Positions 39,401 through 53,260 of a stretch of DNA of 64,000 nt are shown here, piece by piece. Location: assembly GCF_020745735.1 (NCBI RefSeq), contig NC_083427.1:1829438-1893437 (forward strand), written 5' to 3'. Position 1 is the stretch's first letter, and every line of letters begins with the position of its first letter. Both the position numbers and the translations under genes were made by a program. The stretch is from Hemiscyllium ocellatum. Its lineage: Eukaryota. The notes under the pieces are model-generated. The model worked only from the letters and a program-made list of their open reading frames with translations, was not told the DNA's origin and did no database searches.

Positions 39401-41308
39401 AACTAAACTTGTGTATTAGCTCTCTTCGTTTCTATTACTATTTTAAGGCGAACAGAATTATAGTCCAAAAGTGCTCTTCCAGGAGCATGACAGTCAATTG
39501 CCTGACTTATTTCCCAAGAAGTGGTCGACATTTTCGTCTTCTCTGTCCATCCATCTACTCACTGAATGAGAAAACATTCTCTCTTGGAAAGGAAATGCTG
39601 CTGCACACATATCAGTGACATGAGAGGATGAATAATAATGCGTATGAATCACCCCATTGACACATAAGTGGTTATTGAATCGTAGTACATCGATAGGCTA
39701 ATCTGCCAATTGAACATGCGTGCTGGCTATGTTGAAAGAGAGATTGAATTTTTAACACTTTAAATCACTTCACTGTAATTATTTTATTTGCAAACTGCCC
39801 AAACTCTTGCTTTTTGAAGGTCATCGGTGCCTCTGTTGTCAATACTGTTATGCAAATATCGACCATTCACAAACAACTTGCCAGAGCTAACAGTTTTTGT
39901 TGTTGTCTCTTGCTTTAAAGCAATTATTTCTAATTCATGCTTAGGTGTTGATAACATTGACAGAGAAAGTTCTTTATTCCCATAACCAACCTATAATGTT
40001 GAATCCATTAATTAAATTTTCTCTGCAACTGCAGAAAAAAAGACAATAGAAAGTGGAATTGCAGGTAGATTGGACAGTGAAGCAGGTGTTTACTATGCTT
40101 GCCTGTCTTTGTCATTCCATTGCATGCTGAGTTGAGAGGTCATGTTGTGGTTGTACAGTACAATGGCTAATCCGGTTTTGTTTTCTATGCGATTCGATTT
40201 CCTCCAGTGCACAAGCAGACCCTTCAGCTCAACAAGTCCACACCGACCGTCTGAAGAGCAACCCGCCCGGACCCATTCCCCTACTTCCTAGTAATACACC
40301 TATCACTATGGGCAATTTAGCATAATCAATTCACATGGTCTGCATATCTTTGGACTGTGGGAGGACTGATCAAATTTAGTAACTGCTGCAATCAAACAAC
40401 ATTCCATGAACACAGCCGTTGCAAAAGGGAAATTCAAACACGGGTTCTTACCAGTCTGAGGGAACAACTTTCAGAGAGTTCGGAGTGGTAAGTCAACTAG
40501 GAATCATCTTCTGGTGTTTGGAAGGCTGCTGCACAGCAACAGTTTCTCTCTGTTACTGTGAAACCAAAGTCGGAATAAGCTTGAACTGGGAGAATTGATA
40601 ACTTCGTTGTCATTCTTACACTAGGCTTTCCCAAGACATTTTGGTACATCTGTCTTTACGATTCATTGAAAATAAAACAAGGACAAAATAACCTTTTTAA
40701 AGAGACAATATTTTCACACCTCCACCGTCTCAAGGAGAAGCAAGGATGGGCACTAAGCACTGGATCTAGACAGTGATGCCCATATCACATGTAGTGAATG
40801 TACCCATTCACCTATTGTACTCTATGCTACTTTCTCCCCACCCCCTCCATCCTCTCATTTGCCTGTATTCCTGATGAATGCTTCTGCCCTAACCGTCGAT
40901 TTCTTGCTTCTCGGATGCTGCCTGAACTGCTGTGCTTTTCCAACAGCACTCTAATCCAGAATCTGGTTTCCAGCTTCTGCAATCATTGTTTTTACCCAGT
41001 TGATTTAACCCTAATGTGAATTCTCTTGCAAGTATGCCTGTCTTGAAGAAATTTTCCTCCACTCTCTACAAGAATCTCAGGGAGTCCCTTTCCCACTGCA
41101 ACTCCCAGGTCATTTCCTCTGCCCTGAAGCTCTTCACCTTCATCCCATCCCCATCCATCCATTGTACTCTTTGCTACCTTCCCCTACCCTCCTCCCTGAC
41201 CTATCACCTTCAACCCCACCCCCATTCACTTATTGTACTCTATGATACTTTCTCTCCACACCCACCCTCCTCTCATTTATCTCTCCACCCTTCAGGCACT
41301 CTGCCTGT

Positions 41309-41344
41309 ATTCCTGATGAAGGGCCTTTGCCCGAAACGTCGATT
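41309..41344 (+). ncRNA. Minimal type-I hammerhead ribozyme motif in a Penelope pLTR
   Basis: attc-CTGATGA-a-GGGC-cttt-GCCC-GAAAC-GTC-gatt: full CUGANGA/GAAA core, 4-bp stem II, palindromic ACGT stem III, GUC cleavage triplet and short stem I. Confidence 0.7.
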
Positions 41345-44300
41345 GTCATTTTCCTCGGATGCTGCCTGAACTGCTATGTTTTTCCGGCACTCTCCAACTT
41401 CATCCTTTCTGAAAAAAATGAAGGAGTCACGATAACTGCAATTTAGGTTGGAAATTAGTGCATGCCTTGTTGCCGATGCCCCTATCCTGTGAACCATTTT
41501 TAAAAAAAGGCCAGGAACTTGCTTCCAGGGAAAACTTATTATGAAGACAAAAGTTCCATTTTCCATGAACTGTGCAATTTGAAGATAGGTTCATGAGTGC
41601 AAGGAATGAGGGGCAGGTTTTTCCGACTAACCAAAAGATAGTAAAGACAATTAATAATCTCAGATAGGATTTGCTCAACCACCGAATGTGTTCACTCTTT
41701 GTCTTCCCCAGTGAGCAATGAAGGCTGTACCGTTTTACTTTTGTTTTGCATTGAGGAAATCATGGTTTGGGATAGCAATCTGCAATTGGATTTAGGCTGG
41801 AATCAAATGAGCCGTTGATTTATCACATGGCAGTTTCAAAGGACCAAATAGCCTACTGCTGCTCCTATTTCTTATCGCCTTATTTGGGATTACACAAATT
41901 CTGTCAGTTTGCTGATAAGGTTTACGGGCAAGGCGGATGAAGGTATTAGTGTTGATAATGTGTACAAGGAAAAAGAGCTGACTAGGCGTCTACAGACAAT
42001 CGATATTCACAAAATTAAGTATGCAGCACAAAATGTTTGCAAACTCCCCAATAACATACGAAGGAGAAGGATGTGTTGACGAATTGGTTCATTAAAAAAA
42101 AGGTGTAGAAATTATTTTTTCTTTAACTCAGCTCTCAGGGTTCTTGCTCAATTTGATATAAATGTGTTGATTTGGATGTATCAGTAGAGGGCGCAGTTTA
42201 TAGACAGGCCCAGTTGTCTCATTTTTGACTGTCATCTGGAAGGACGAAAACGAGCTGGTATTCTTTTCATTCATTCAACAGACAGTGAGAGTCACGAAGT
42301 AAGCAAATATTGTATTGCACATCCGCAGCTGAGATGGTGTCTATGATCCATTGCAGTCTCTGATCTTGCAGGGACTGCCACAGTGCTGTTGCGAAGGTCG
42401 GTCAAAGACTGTACCCTTCAGGATTGACAACACTACACGAGCTGCGATATAACTCCAAGTCCAGACAGTAAGGGGCTTGGAAGTAACTTGAATATTGATG
42501 TGTTCCCATGCATCTACTGCCCCCATCATTAGCAATTGTAGTGGTCATTTGTAAACTGTATAGTTTTAAAATGTTTTAATGGGAAGGATGAATACAAGAA
42601 CATTACAGCAAAGCAAAGGTTTCGTACCCCAGTCGGCTGAATGCTTGGTTTCTGATGCAGTGTGGGTTCAATATCATTGGTGACTTTGTGTTTATTGTCA
42701 GGGAGGATGCAATCGGGAATCTGGTGAGCTGAACGAAGCAAAAAGGTGGACTGAAAGGAAATATATTTGACACAGAGAAGTTGCATAACCAAGAAAGGTT
42801 GTATGATATTTGAGAACAAGGGATGTGAGGTGAGATTTATGGAAATTCTGAACACAGTGTTCCGAGTCTAATGTTTTGAACGAGCTGACAGAAGGGATGG
42901 CGGACCACAAATGTGTGCCTCTTATTTAGGATCTTGGAGGGGCGTGCAGTGAACACTCAAATGTCAGTAACATCAACTGGAAGCGTGGTCACAGGCCAAG
43001 TCAAGAACACTTGTGCAGAGTATAGTTAAAAAAACAACATTTGTTGTTGACTTGGTAATGACCCGATCTGAATTTCCAACGGCAATTGACCTATTGCAAC
43101 GGCTGAAATCTCACAAAATCCGTTGGCATAGACCATTAACAGTAAAGTGCATTGTGGTATCATAACTATAACCCTAACCCTATTGATTTATTGATACAAG
43201 ATTTATTTTGTCATATTAAAAGCACCGAGGACACCAATCATTTAAAGGCATGCAGTCATAGAGTGTAAATAGACCCTTCAGTCCAACTGTCACATGCCAA
43301 CAAGGGTTCCTGAACTGAACTGGTCCATTTTCCTGCGTTTGGTCCACATCCCTTGAAACCTTTGCTATCTATGTATTGGTCCAATTTCGTTTACATATTG
43401 CAACGGTATCTGCATATATGCATTCCGCTGGCAGCTCATTCTATTAATGCAACAGCCTCTGTGTGGAAAAGGTACGCCTCAGATCAATTTTATATCTTTT
43501 TCCTCCCATACTAAACTTTTGTCCTCTTGTTTTGGACTTCCGTACAGGGGAATAGACCTTTGCTGTTGGGCTTTAAATGGCAGTCATGATTTTATGATGT
43601 GGATGTACTAGTGTTGGACTGGGGTGGACAACTTCAGAAGTCACGCATCACCAAGTTATTTAAAATCACAAGCTTTCAAAGCGCTGCCCTTTCATCATAT
43701 GTAGTCATGAAGAGACAGTGGTCTGGAAGATTGTGATTACAAACAGACATGTCAAACTATAACGGGGCATCATGTGACTTTTGACCATGACTTCATACCT
43801 TTTTAAGGTCACCCTTCAGCATCGTACACTCCAGGGAAGAACAGTCCGAGCTTATCGTGCATCTTCTCATAAATCAAGCCCTTCTGCCTCGGGAATATCC
43901 TAATAAATATTTTTTGCACTCCTACCATTTTAATGTCACCTTTCCTGTCGGTCGACCTGAATTGTCTGCAGTACGCCCAATGTGATCTCACCAGTTATGT
44001 ATATATCCATAACATGACCTCTCAAACTCATGTAATGAATGGTCTGACAGATGAAGGCAAGTGTGACAAACACTCTTCTTCACCAACAAGTCTACATGTG
44101 ACACCACCGCCAAGGAACTATGTACCTGGACACTTAGGTATCTCTGTTTGTCAACAGGCCTCTGGGTCCTTCCATTAATTCCTGCTCTGGCTTTTCTTCA
44201 GAATGTGCAACAATACTCATTTAGGTAATTTAAACTCCATCTGCCATTCCTCATACCAATGGACCAGTTTTCCTTATAGGGAATCTTGTTGAATATTCAT

Positions 44301-46339
44301 TATATTGCCAATTTTGAACTTAATCGCAAGCTCACGAATGATGCCTCCTATATTCTCAAACAAAGCGTTTACTTCAATGAGGAATAACAGTGAAACAAAC
44401 ACTCATACATGAGGCAGACCACTGGTCACAGCCTCCAATCTGAACCACAACCTCGATCACCACCCTCTGTCTTCTCGTACAAACCCAATTTTCTCAATTT
44501 GCTAGTTCTCCCTTCACCCCGTTTGTTCTCATGGTATTATTCAGTCTGCCATACAGAACTTTGCTGAAGGCCTTTCCAATGGCCATGCGCTCAATGTCTG
44601 TCATGCTGTCTTCATCTACCGTCTTGGTCACCCCTCCAAAGATCTCAATCGCGTTAGTAATAGACGATTTTCCACGTGCAGAGTCATGCTGAGTGTCTCT
44701 TAGCAATCCTTGCCTTTCAAAATGCATGTGGATTATTTTCTCAGCATCTCATCGAATAACATGTCCACCACTGACGTCAAGCTTACTGCTATATTGTTCC
44801 TTGGCTTTTTCTTATAGTCTTTCTTAAATAATAGCACAACACTTGAACCTTTCAGTCTTTTAGCAATTAATCCGTTGTTGTCGATGTCGCAGATGGGTGT
44901 GAGAGAGACCGCAATTTCATTCCTAGATTCACACAATATACTGTATACACCTAAGCATGTCACAGGGATGTGTCTCCGTTTATGCATTTTACGGCCTTCA
45001 GTGCCTCCTCGTCAGTGATGTGGACTCTTCTCAAGAGCTCTCTAATGATTTTTCTGAGTTGCTCTGTTCCATATCTTTCTGCATTCTGACACAAAATATT
45101 CGATTAGGATCTAACAAGTCTCCTGTCGTTCACACATATAAGTTACCCTTACTTTTGCCCTTAACATACATGCAAAACTTCTTTGGATTCTCCTTATTCT
45201 AAGTTGCCAAAGCTTTCTCTTGTCCCCTTTATGCCGGGCTGATTTTCCTCTTAAGTATGCCCTACACACACTTTACTCACAGCATTCACTGATCTCAGCT
45301 ATCCATACATGAAATGTGCCTCTTGCTTTTTCTTGACCAGAGCATCAACGTCTCTCTTCAGTCAGTGTTCCCTGCTCCTGTCAGCTGTGCCCTTGACTCA
45401 CAGAACAGCAACATGTTGCCTCCAAACTCTCGTTTTGTCACTTTTGAACGCTTCCAATTTGCCAGACGTCCTTTTGCTTGCGTAGAGCCCCATCCCATCA
45501 ACTTTTGAAAGTTTCTGTTTAATACCATCAAAATTGGTCTTGCCCTGATTTAGAACTAAACTTGTGTATTAGCTCTCTTCGTTTCTATTACTATTTTAAG
45601 GCGAACAGAATTATAGTCCATAAGTGCTCTTCCAGGAGCATGACAGTCAATTGCCTGACTTATTTCCCAAGAAGTGGTCGACATTTTCGTCTTCTCTGTC
45701 CATCCATCTACTCACTGAATGAGAAAACATTCTCTCTTGGAAAGGAAATGCTGCTGCACACATATCAGTGACATGAGAGGATGAATAATAATGCGTATGA
45801 ATTACCCCATTGACACATAAGTGGTTATTGAATCGTAGTACATCGATAGGCTAATCTGCCAATTGAACATGCGTGCTGGCTATGTTGAAAGAGTGAATGA
45901 ATTTTTTACACTTTAAATCACTTCACTGTAATTATTTTATTTGCAATCTGCTCAATCTCTTGCTTTTTGAAGGTCATCGGTGCCTCTGTTGTCAATACTG
46001 TTAGGCAAATATCGACCATTCACAAACAACTTGCTGTCTCAAACCACAGCTAACCGTTTTTGTTGTTGTCTCTTGCTTTAAAGCAATTATCTTTAATTCA
46101 TGCTTAGGTATTGATAACATTGACAGAGAAAATGCTTTATTCCCATAACCAACTTATAATGTTGAATCCGTTAATTAACTTTTCTCTACAACTGCAGAAA
46201 TAAGTGGAATTGCAGGTAGATAGGAGAGTGAAGCAGGTTTTTACGATGCTTGCCTGTCTTTGTAATTCCATTGCATGCTGAGTTGAGAGGTCATGTTGTG
46301 GCTGTACAGTACAATGGCTAATCCAGTTTTGTTTTCGAT

Positions 46340-46570
46340 TCAATTCGATTTTCTCCAGTGCACAAGCAGACCCTTCAGCTCAACAAGTCCACACCGACCG
46401 TCCGAAGAGAAACCCGCCCGGACCCATTCCCCTACTCCCTACTAATACTCCTATCACTATGGGCAATTTAGCATAATCAATTCACATGGTCTGCATATCT
46501 TTGCACTGTGTGAGGAAACCGGGGCACCCAGAGGAAACCCACGGGGAGAATGTGCAAATTCCACACAGAC
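46340..46570 (-). mobile_element. HE1-like tRNA SINE (truncated copy at about 40205-40364 marks the duplication junction)
   Basis: ggtctgcatatctttgcactgtgtgaggaaaccggggcacccagaggaaacccacggggagaatgtgcaaattccacacagacag is the reverse complement of the shark SINE core. Confidence 0.85.
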
Positions 46571-46599
46571 AGTGCTGGAGGACGATCCACAATTCTGGG

Positions 46600-47110
46600 C
46601 CCTCTGTTGTAGTAAGGATGTCGTGAAAACTGAAAATGTTCACCAAAGGTTTTAAGGGTTTTGCTATGATTGGAGAGTTTGAGCTATAGGGCAAGTCCAC
46701 AGAAGCTGGGTATTTTTTCCTTGGAACATTAGAGGCTGAGGGCTGAAATTATAGCGGCTTAAAAAGTCATAAGGGGCATGGATAGGGTAAATGGACAAGG
46801 TATTTTCCCGAGTTGGGGAAGTCCAAAAATCGAGGGCATACTTCGAAGGTCAGAAGGAAAAGATTTGAAAGGAGCATTTGGGGCAACATTTTCAATGAGA
46901 GGGCGGTGCATATATGGAATGAATTATCAGAGGAAGTGGTGGAGGCTGGCACAATTGCAACATGTTGAGGTCATCAGGATGGGTATATGAATAAGAAGCG
47001 TTCAGAGGGATATGGGCTTAATGTTGGCATATATCACTAGATTCATCGAGGATATCTGGTCAGCATAGACATGTTGACTGAAATGTCTGTTCCTGTGTTG
47101 TATACCTCTG
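46600..47110 (+). mobile_element. CR1 LINE 3' end
   Basis: ..LRADIIA..MDRVNGQGIFP.. C-terminus and 3' UTR. Confidence 0.75.
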
Positions 47111-47629
47111 TGACTCCATAACTCTTGCAGGAGTATTGTACCATGCAGAAATATATTTTCGACCTTTTTCAATACTTACAATTTTTCATAACTGGCAATT
47201 TCAATAAAAGTGACCATATCAATGGCATGCTTTTTATACTGAAGGCTGTGCACTGACATAAAACAGATCTCAAGTTGATTCAGTGACTTTTGAGGAATGA
47301 ACATGTCTGTATTTTTCTCACTTTCCCTTTTAACGACAACAAAGGTCGTGAATGTTTTACTTAGAGCATTTAACAGTCTCCTGTCCCTTCACAGATTTGT
47401 TTCTGAAACCTCAAGGTTCATATTGTTTGAAATTAATTTGCAAAATATTCACAAAAGGAACAAAAAATACTTTCCTTCATTTCATAGAGCTATGCTTGTA
47501 TGTTTTCTTAAGTTTGCTCTCGTTAAGCACACACTTTTTTTCTAATATGTCAACCGTGATGTCTTTACGTTGCATATTTTGACATCTCCTCTTCACTGTT
47601 CACCTACTTCAACAGACCTCACGTTCAGA

Positions 47630-48200
47630 ATGTGAAACCTAAAGCAGAAGCAGGCCATTCCGTCTATTGAATCTGTTCCGCTATTCAATGAGTATGGCTG
47701 ATCTGATAAACCTGAACTTCACTGACCTGACTTCTCCTTTTACCTATTGCTTCCTTTACCGAGTAAAATTCTATCCATCACTGCTTTGAATATGTTAAAT
47801 AACCCAGCACCGACTGCCCTCTATGATAAGGAATTCGACAGATTCACGATCTCCTTGTAGAACAAATACTTCTCCACATCTCCGTTAAATAGGTAAATGC
47901 GTACGCTGATTGTGTCCCGTGGTTCTCGACACTCCCACAAGGGGAAACAATCTCTCCAAATCTCCTGCGGATTACAATTGGTTTGATAAGATCGCCTCTC
48001 ATTCTTCTCAACCGCAAGATGGAAAGACTCAATCTTTTCATTATAGTTATTAAAAGAAAACCTTTCATAACAGAAATTAGCCCAATGAAATTTCTCTGGA
48101 CTCTAACCAATGTCAAAACGCTTTCGACAGATAAGAAGACCAAAAGCTGTTCACGGTTTTCCAGCCGTAATTTGATTGTTGCCTTCTATAGTTTTAGATG
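47630..48200 (-). mobile_element. CR1 LINE 3' end
   Basis: Minus ORF LVRVQRNFIGLISVMKG..LRRMRGDLIK. Confidence 0.75.
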
Positions 48201-49019
48201 GCCTCCTTCCACAGCTCATAAGGAAGATGACCAAATATGTGAAATCATTCGCAGGTGTTGATACATTTAAAGTGAGACAGGTTTTGCCCCCAAGTTACAT
48301 AGTGACCTACTTATGGAAAGAAGAATTGTGAAGTTAGTCATTCACCACGTCTTACTTAAAAATAACGACTAACTAATTATAATGCATGCCGTCATTATTT
48401 CAGCTGGATTCCAGATAATGTGAGAGCAATTTTTCTTTATATCAAGTTCGCAATTGACCAAATTGTGGGTCAGTGATCTCGACCAAAACTGGAGTGACTG
48501 AGAATCAGGTGAAAAATCTATATCGTTTCACGCCATTCCTGCCAAATGGAAAATATTTGGAGTTGTTGGAGATCAGTAATCTCAGCGCCAGGCATCTCTG
48601 CTGAATTTCTTCAGGGGAATAATCGTAGCTGCACTATCTTCGTGTATTCCATTAATGACCTCCCCTATACCATAATGTCAGAAGCAGGGATGTTCACTGA
48701 TGATTGTACAACGTTGAGTATCATTCATGACTCTTAAAATGCTGAAGCAATCTATGTCTAAATGGACCACGATCTGGATTCATAGCACGTTTTGAGTTGA
48801 CAATTGTCAGCGAAAATCCCTGCCACTCTAATACCAGGCATTGATGATCTCCAAAAACATTGCCCAGAGATATTCAATGATGTTAGTTTTACAGTATCAA
48901 CAAGTGTCGACAACCTGCTTGTCATCATTGGTCAGTACCTGAACTATTGTAGTCATATAAGTACAGTCTCAAAAACAAGTGTTCAGAGGCCAGAAATCTG
49001 ATTCACTAACCATAGGATT

Positions 49020-49350
49020 GGGCGTTGCCTCCTTGAATGGAATGATGTTATGATTGGCTGCAGAATTCCTTCTCGGGAAGATGGCACTGACAGATGTTAC
49101 TGTCCGCATTGATACCAACAATAGAGGCAATTAGAAGAATGAGGTCCTCGAAAAGATTTCAACGAGTTAAGAATGAAATTGAAAAACAGATTCTCAAAGG
49201 CAATAATCTTAGGATATCTCTCTGCCATGTATCAGTGGGTATAAGAACAGAAGGATGGATGGATTGAAAACGTCTTTGAAGAGCGGGTGTAGGAAAAGGT
49301 GCATTGGATGTCTGAGGAATTAGAATTAATTCTGCAGCAGGTTGGGTCGG
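49020..49350 (+). mobile_element. CR1 ORF1 (SGNH esterase) fragment
   Basis: ..VRIDTNNRG..NEVL..FNELRMKLKNRFSKAIILG.. resembles the VHIGTNDIG..EVL..ELG.KLK.RTSKVIISG motif. Confidence 0.6.
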
Positions 49351-52300
49351 TGGTATCTGAACGTGCTACATCTTCACTGGTCAGTCTTCTCTGATGCTGG
49401 AGATCAGGATCGAGAAGTGTGGTGCTGGAAAAGCACAGCCAGTCTGGCAGCATAAGAGAAGCAGGAGAGTCTATTTTTCGAAAATGAGCACTTAATCAGA
49501 TGAAGAGCTCATCCTCGAAACGTAAACTCTCCTGTTCCTCGAATTCTGCCTGACCGGCTGCACTTTTGCAGCACCATACATTCTGACTATTGCAGTTTCT
49601 GTTCAATCATAACTCACAGAGTGCTGGCAGATGGATAATTGCGTGCCTGAAACACCATTGGGTTTGAAGTGGTGATAGCCAGATTTCTTGTTGTCGATGA
49701 TCATCGGATGGATGCCAGAGTATTTGAAATCCCCCCAAAGTACCAGAAAATTCAGTGAAAATATCATGTGATAATTGATTCCGTGCCGAATGAGTCTGAG
49801 GTGCAAGTTAGACACGAATATATTTATACAACGCAATTTATATTACACAGACACAAGTTTGTGATATATATGTATATACATTTCTATCTGCATTTATGTA
49901 TATATTGAAATATATCTCCTCACTTCTGTCTACTTCAGACCCTGTTTGATCGGTACCTTAAATTCATTGACTTTTTTTCTTCTGAAATAGAGTGATTGAG
50001 GCCTACAACACAGTTAAAGTCCAGTCCATCCATCTTGAGGCTAATTGTGGTTTATCCATCATTGCTCTTCCTCAACGACTGTAACATGTTTTCAAGCGGT
50101 AAGGTTTCAAAAATTCACACAGTGCTCAATTAAAGGTCTAAAAAAGATGCTTCACAAAAGAAACAACACTTCACTACTCCTGTGTTGAAAGCTAAAATTC
50201 TATCAACCTTTCTAATTGCTTGTTGCATGCTGATGTTAGCCTTCAGTGCATAAGTGGGAAGGGCACCCAAAGCCTTTTGTTCCTCTTTATTTTCCAACAT
50301 TTCATAATTTGGCAACTATTATGCACACCGTTTCTTTCCACAGTAGCGGATAATGTTTCATTTTGCCAGGATATTTTCAATCTGCCATGACCTGATCATT
50401 GCTTTAACCTGAATTACCATAAATTCGTGGGCGATTTCACTTCATGCCTCCAGGAAACAAATCGAATGCATTGTGTGTGTATTAATATTCTTTTGACCTT
50501 TTCTGGATATTTTAATTTTTATCTCTGTGAAATTCTCGGTTTCATGTTCTCTAAGCCTTCAGGGGAAAAAAATCCCCTGATATTGTCAATTTGATATGTA
50601 ACATTCCAGGAAAAGAAAACTTCCTTCATGTTTCATAGGGGTGTTGTTCTGATCAGCCATTTCAGGCCATCTGCATCTTCCTGAAGATATCAAACGTGAT
50701 ATCGATAATTTGCACCTTTCATTATTTCCTGTGCGCTGTTTTTTTATCAGTCTACCCATTCCAATTTTACACGGTTGAGCACAATCTTGACCAGAGACAG
50801 CTATTTTAATAAAGAGTGTGGAACCTGTTTTGCACTGACAGGTTCGCTCCTAATTTTCAATTTTTTTCCTTTTGAATTTTTAAGAAACAATATTCAGTAA
50901 GTATAGATGCCTCAAAAATACGACTGCCTGATGCAGATGCGTACTTCCATCAGTGCAGTTGAATTATCATTCCTTGATCAATAGCGCGGAACAGCTGTTA
51001 ATCTATCGATAATGTTTGCATTTTTAAAGACAGGCAACTATTGAGAATCTGCATTTTATCATGTAAAGGTTGCAAAACATTTCTGCACTAGCGCACATCA
51101 GTTTCTGCACTATGAACTGGTGTCAGCCATCTGCAAAGTTTGTGTAAATTGTAATATCTCTGCACAATGCAAGTTATTGTGCTGATTAATATTTTATATT
51201 TAACTTTAATGTTGTGACATGTCATTTATTTCTAATACTTTTAGGAATTTGTCAAGATTAATATGCATTGCCATAATTCTCCCAATGTTGATGAGTGGAC
51301 ACTTACAAATTACTAAATGACGTCGATTTTGGTTGAACTCCGAAACCGATTGCGAATTTTTTTTTGTTTTGGAAGTCTGTTTTACGGGAAAACATAGCAG
51401 AATCGAGATGTCTATCAAGCATGTTTCTAACATGTCTCTTAATTTACTTGATGTCAACGATCAATTGCTTTGAGAGCAATATCTGTTTGAGTCACTACGA
51501 TTCTATGTGAAATAGTGGAATACGTTGCAACTTGGCTTCTCAAGTCTATCTGCAGCAAATAACTGTTAATCGCATTGCAATTGACCTAATATGAACTCAG
51601 TGCGAGGGACAGAATATAAAACAACTTCGTGGCATCAAGAAATATTTCAAAGTACTGGATACAGCAAAGGCTACTGTTACTGCCAATGTTCATACAGTAG
51701 ATACAAATTAAAATGCTCCATACCTTTCTAGTGCAAGCGCTTCCAGTCCAACTGAAATGCTGTCAATTTCCAGCATCACAAAACCCTTCCTAGATGCAAG
51801 CTGTCTAGGAATACAGGGCAAAAGCCAAAACAAAAACATAGGACCACAGTTGAAAAAAGAGGGCAATCTCAGCGATACTGCAATTAACAATAGTATGCTC
51901 TCAGCTTGCAATTTCATTCCAATTGTACCTCAAATATGAAACATCGATTTCAGTTTCTAGTTTTGGACAACTCCCAAAATTGTTGGTGATGGCAAAATTC
52001 GGATTGTAATGCTATCAGGTGGTGATTGCAAGATCCTTTCTTGTTGCAGATAGTTATTGGCTGACCATGTGAGGTGCTAATATTTGTCATTTTTGAGCCT
52101 AACCCTGGGCATTATCCAGGTTCTGCTGCATTTGGTCACATTTTCCTTCAGTGTCTGAGGAGTTGTGAATGATGCTGAATATAGTGTCTTCTTCAGCGAA
52201 CATCACACTTCTGATCTGAAGAAGATTAATGAAGAAGCTGAAGGTGATGCAACATATGACAGTACTTTGAGTAATTCTGGCAGAGATGTTCTGGAACTAA

Positions 52301-52439
52301 AATATCTGATTTCCAATTGCCACAGCCATCCTACTTTGTAATCAGTATGACTCGAGCCAGTAACGAGTTTTGATTCCATCTGATTTCAGTTTTGTGACGG
52401 CTTCTTCATTCTACACGCGATCAAATGCGGCCTTGATAT

Positions 52440-53260
52440 GAATTGAATTGAATTAAATTTATTGTCACGTATACCGAGGCACAGTAAAATGCTTTGCCTT
52501 GGATGCAATGCAGGAATATCACAGAGTTAAGTAGCATAGACAGTAAATAATACGTAAAACTTTACTGCAAATGTTAAGAGTTTGTGGGTCCATTCGTTAT
52601 CCTAACAACAGTAGGGTAGAAACTGTTATGAAACCGGCTGGTGCTTGCGTTTAGGCTTCTGTACCTTCTCCTCGATAGTAGACGTTGTATAAAAACATTG
52701 CCAGGGTGGGATGGATCATTACGAATGCTGGTGGCCTCCCCTTGACAGCGGGCCTGGTAATGGATTCTATACTTGGGAGGTTAGCCTTTGTAATTATCCA
52801 TGCCAAGTTCACCACTCTTTGTAGTCATCTCCATTCTTGAATTTTTCGGTTGCCTTACCAGGTACTGATACATCCAGACAGAATGCTCTTCACTTTGCAG
52901 CTTTAAACTTTGGCAATGGTATTCACCGTCATGTCAAATTTGCTCAGCTGCCTATTGAAGAAGAAGCTTTGTTGGGCCTTTTGTAACCATTGCAGCCACA
53001 AGAAATCTTACTCCCGGGAACTTTTCATTCTCCGCTCGTTCCACCTCTGTACTGTTAATGTGTAGGGGCCATGAGTAACATCCACCAAAAGTTAATAATG
53101 AGTTCTTTGGTTTTGCGGTCATTGAGAGTTCGGTTGTTCCCAGTCTACCATTTTTCCAGGTCTTCCACCTCCTGTCTGCAGTCTGTTTCATCGCCATCTG
53201 AGATTCGACCGGAAGGATTGACTCTTCTGCTTTACCTCTGGAACTCAGCTCATTTGTCCA
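52440..53260 (-). mobile_element. Rex/L2-like LINE 3' part, same family as 1640-2445
   Basis: aattgaattgaattaaattttattgtcacgtataccgagg tail; minus ORF with INSTEVERAENEKFPGV. Confidence 0.6.

Larger units (their letters stand above)
34196..46516 (+). repeat. Tandem segmental duplication, unit about 6.15 kb (about 34196-40364 and 40365-46516)
   Basis: Near-constant 6151-nt offset at both ends (acagccgttgcaaaagg at 34261/40412; tgcatatcttt at 40341/46492). Colinear LTR, PLE, CR1 and SINE content; roughly 90-95% identity by eye. Confidence 0.97.

Noticed and set aside
47297-47345. MNMSVFFSLSLL leader-like start
   Set aside because: No good donor and no V exon follows.
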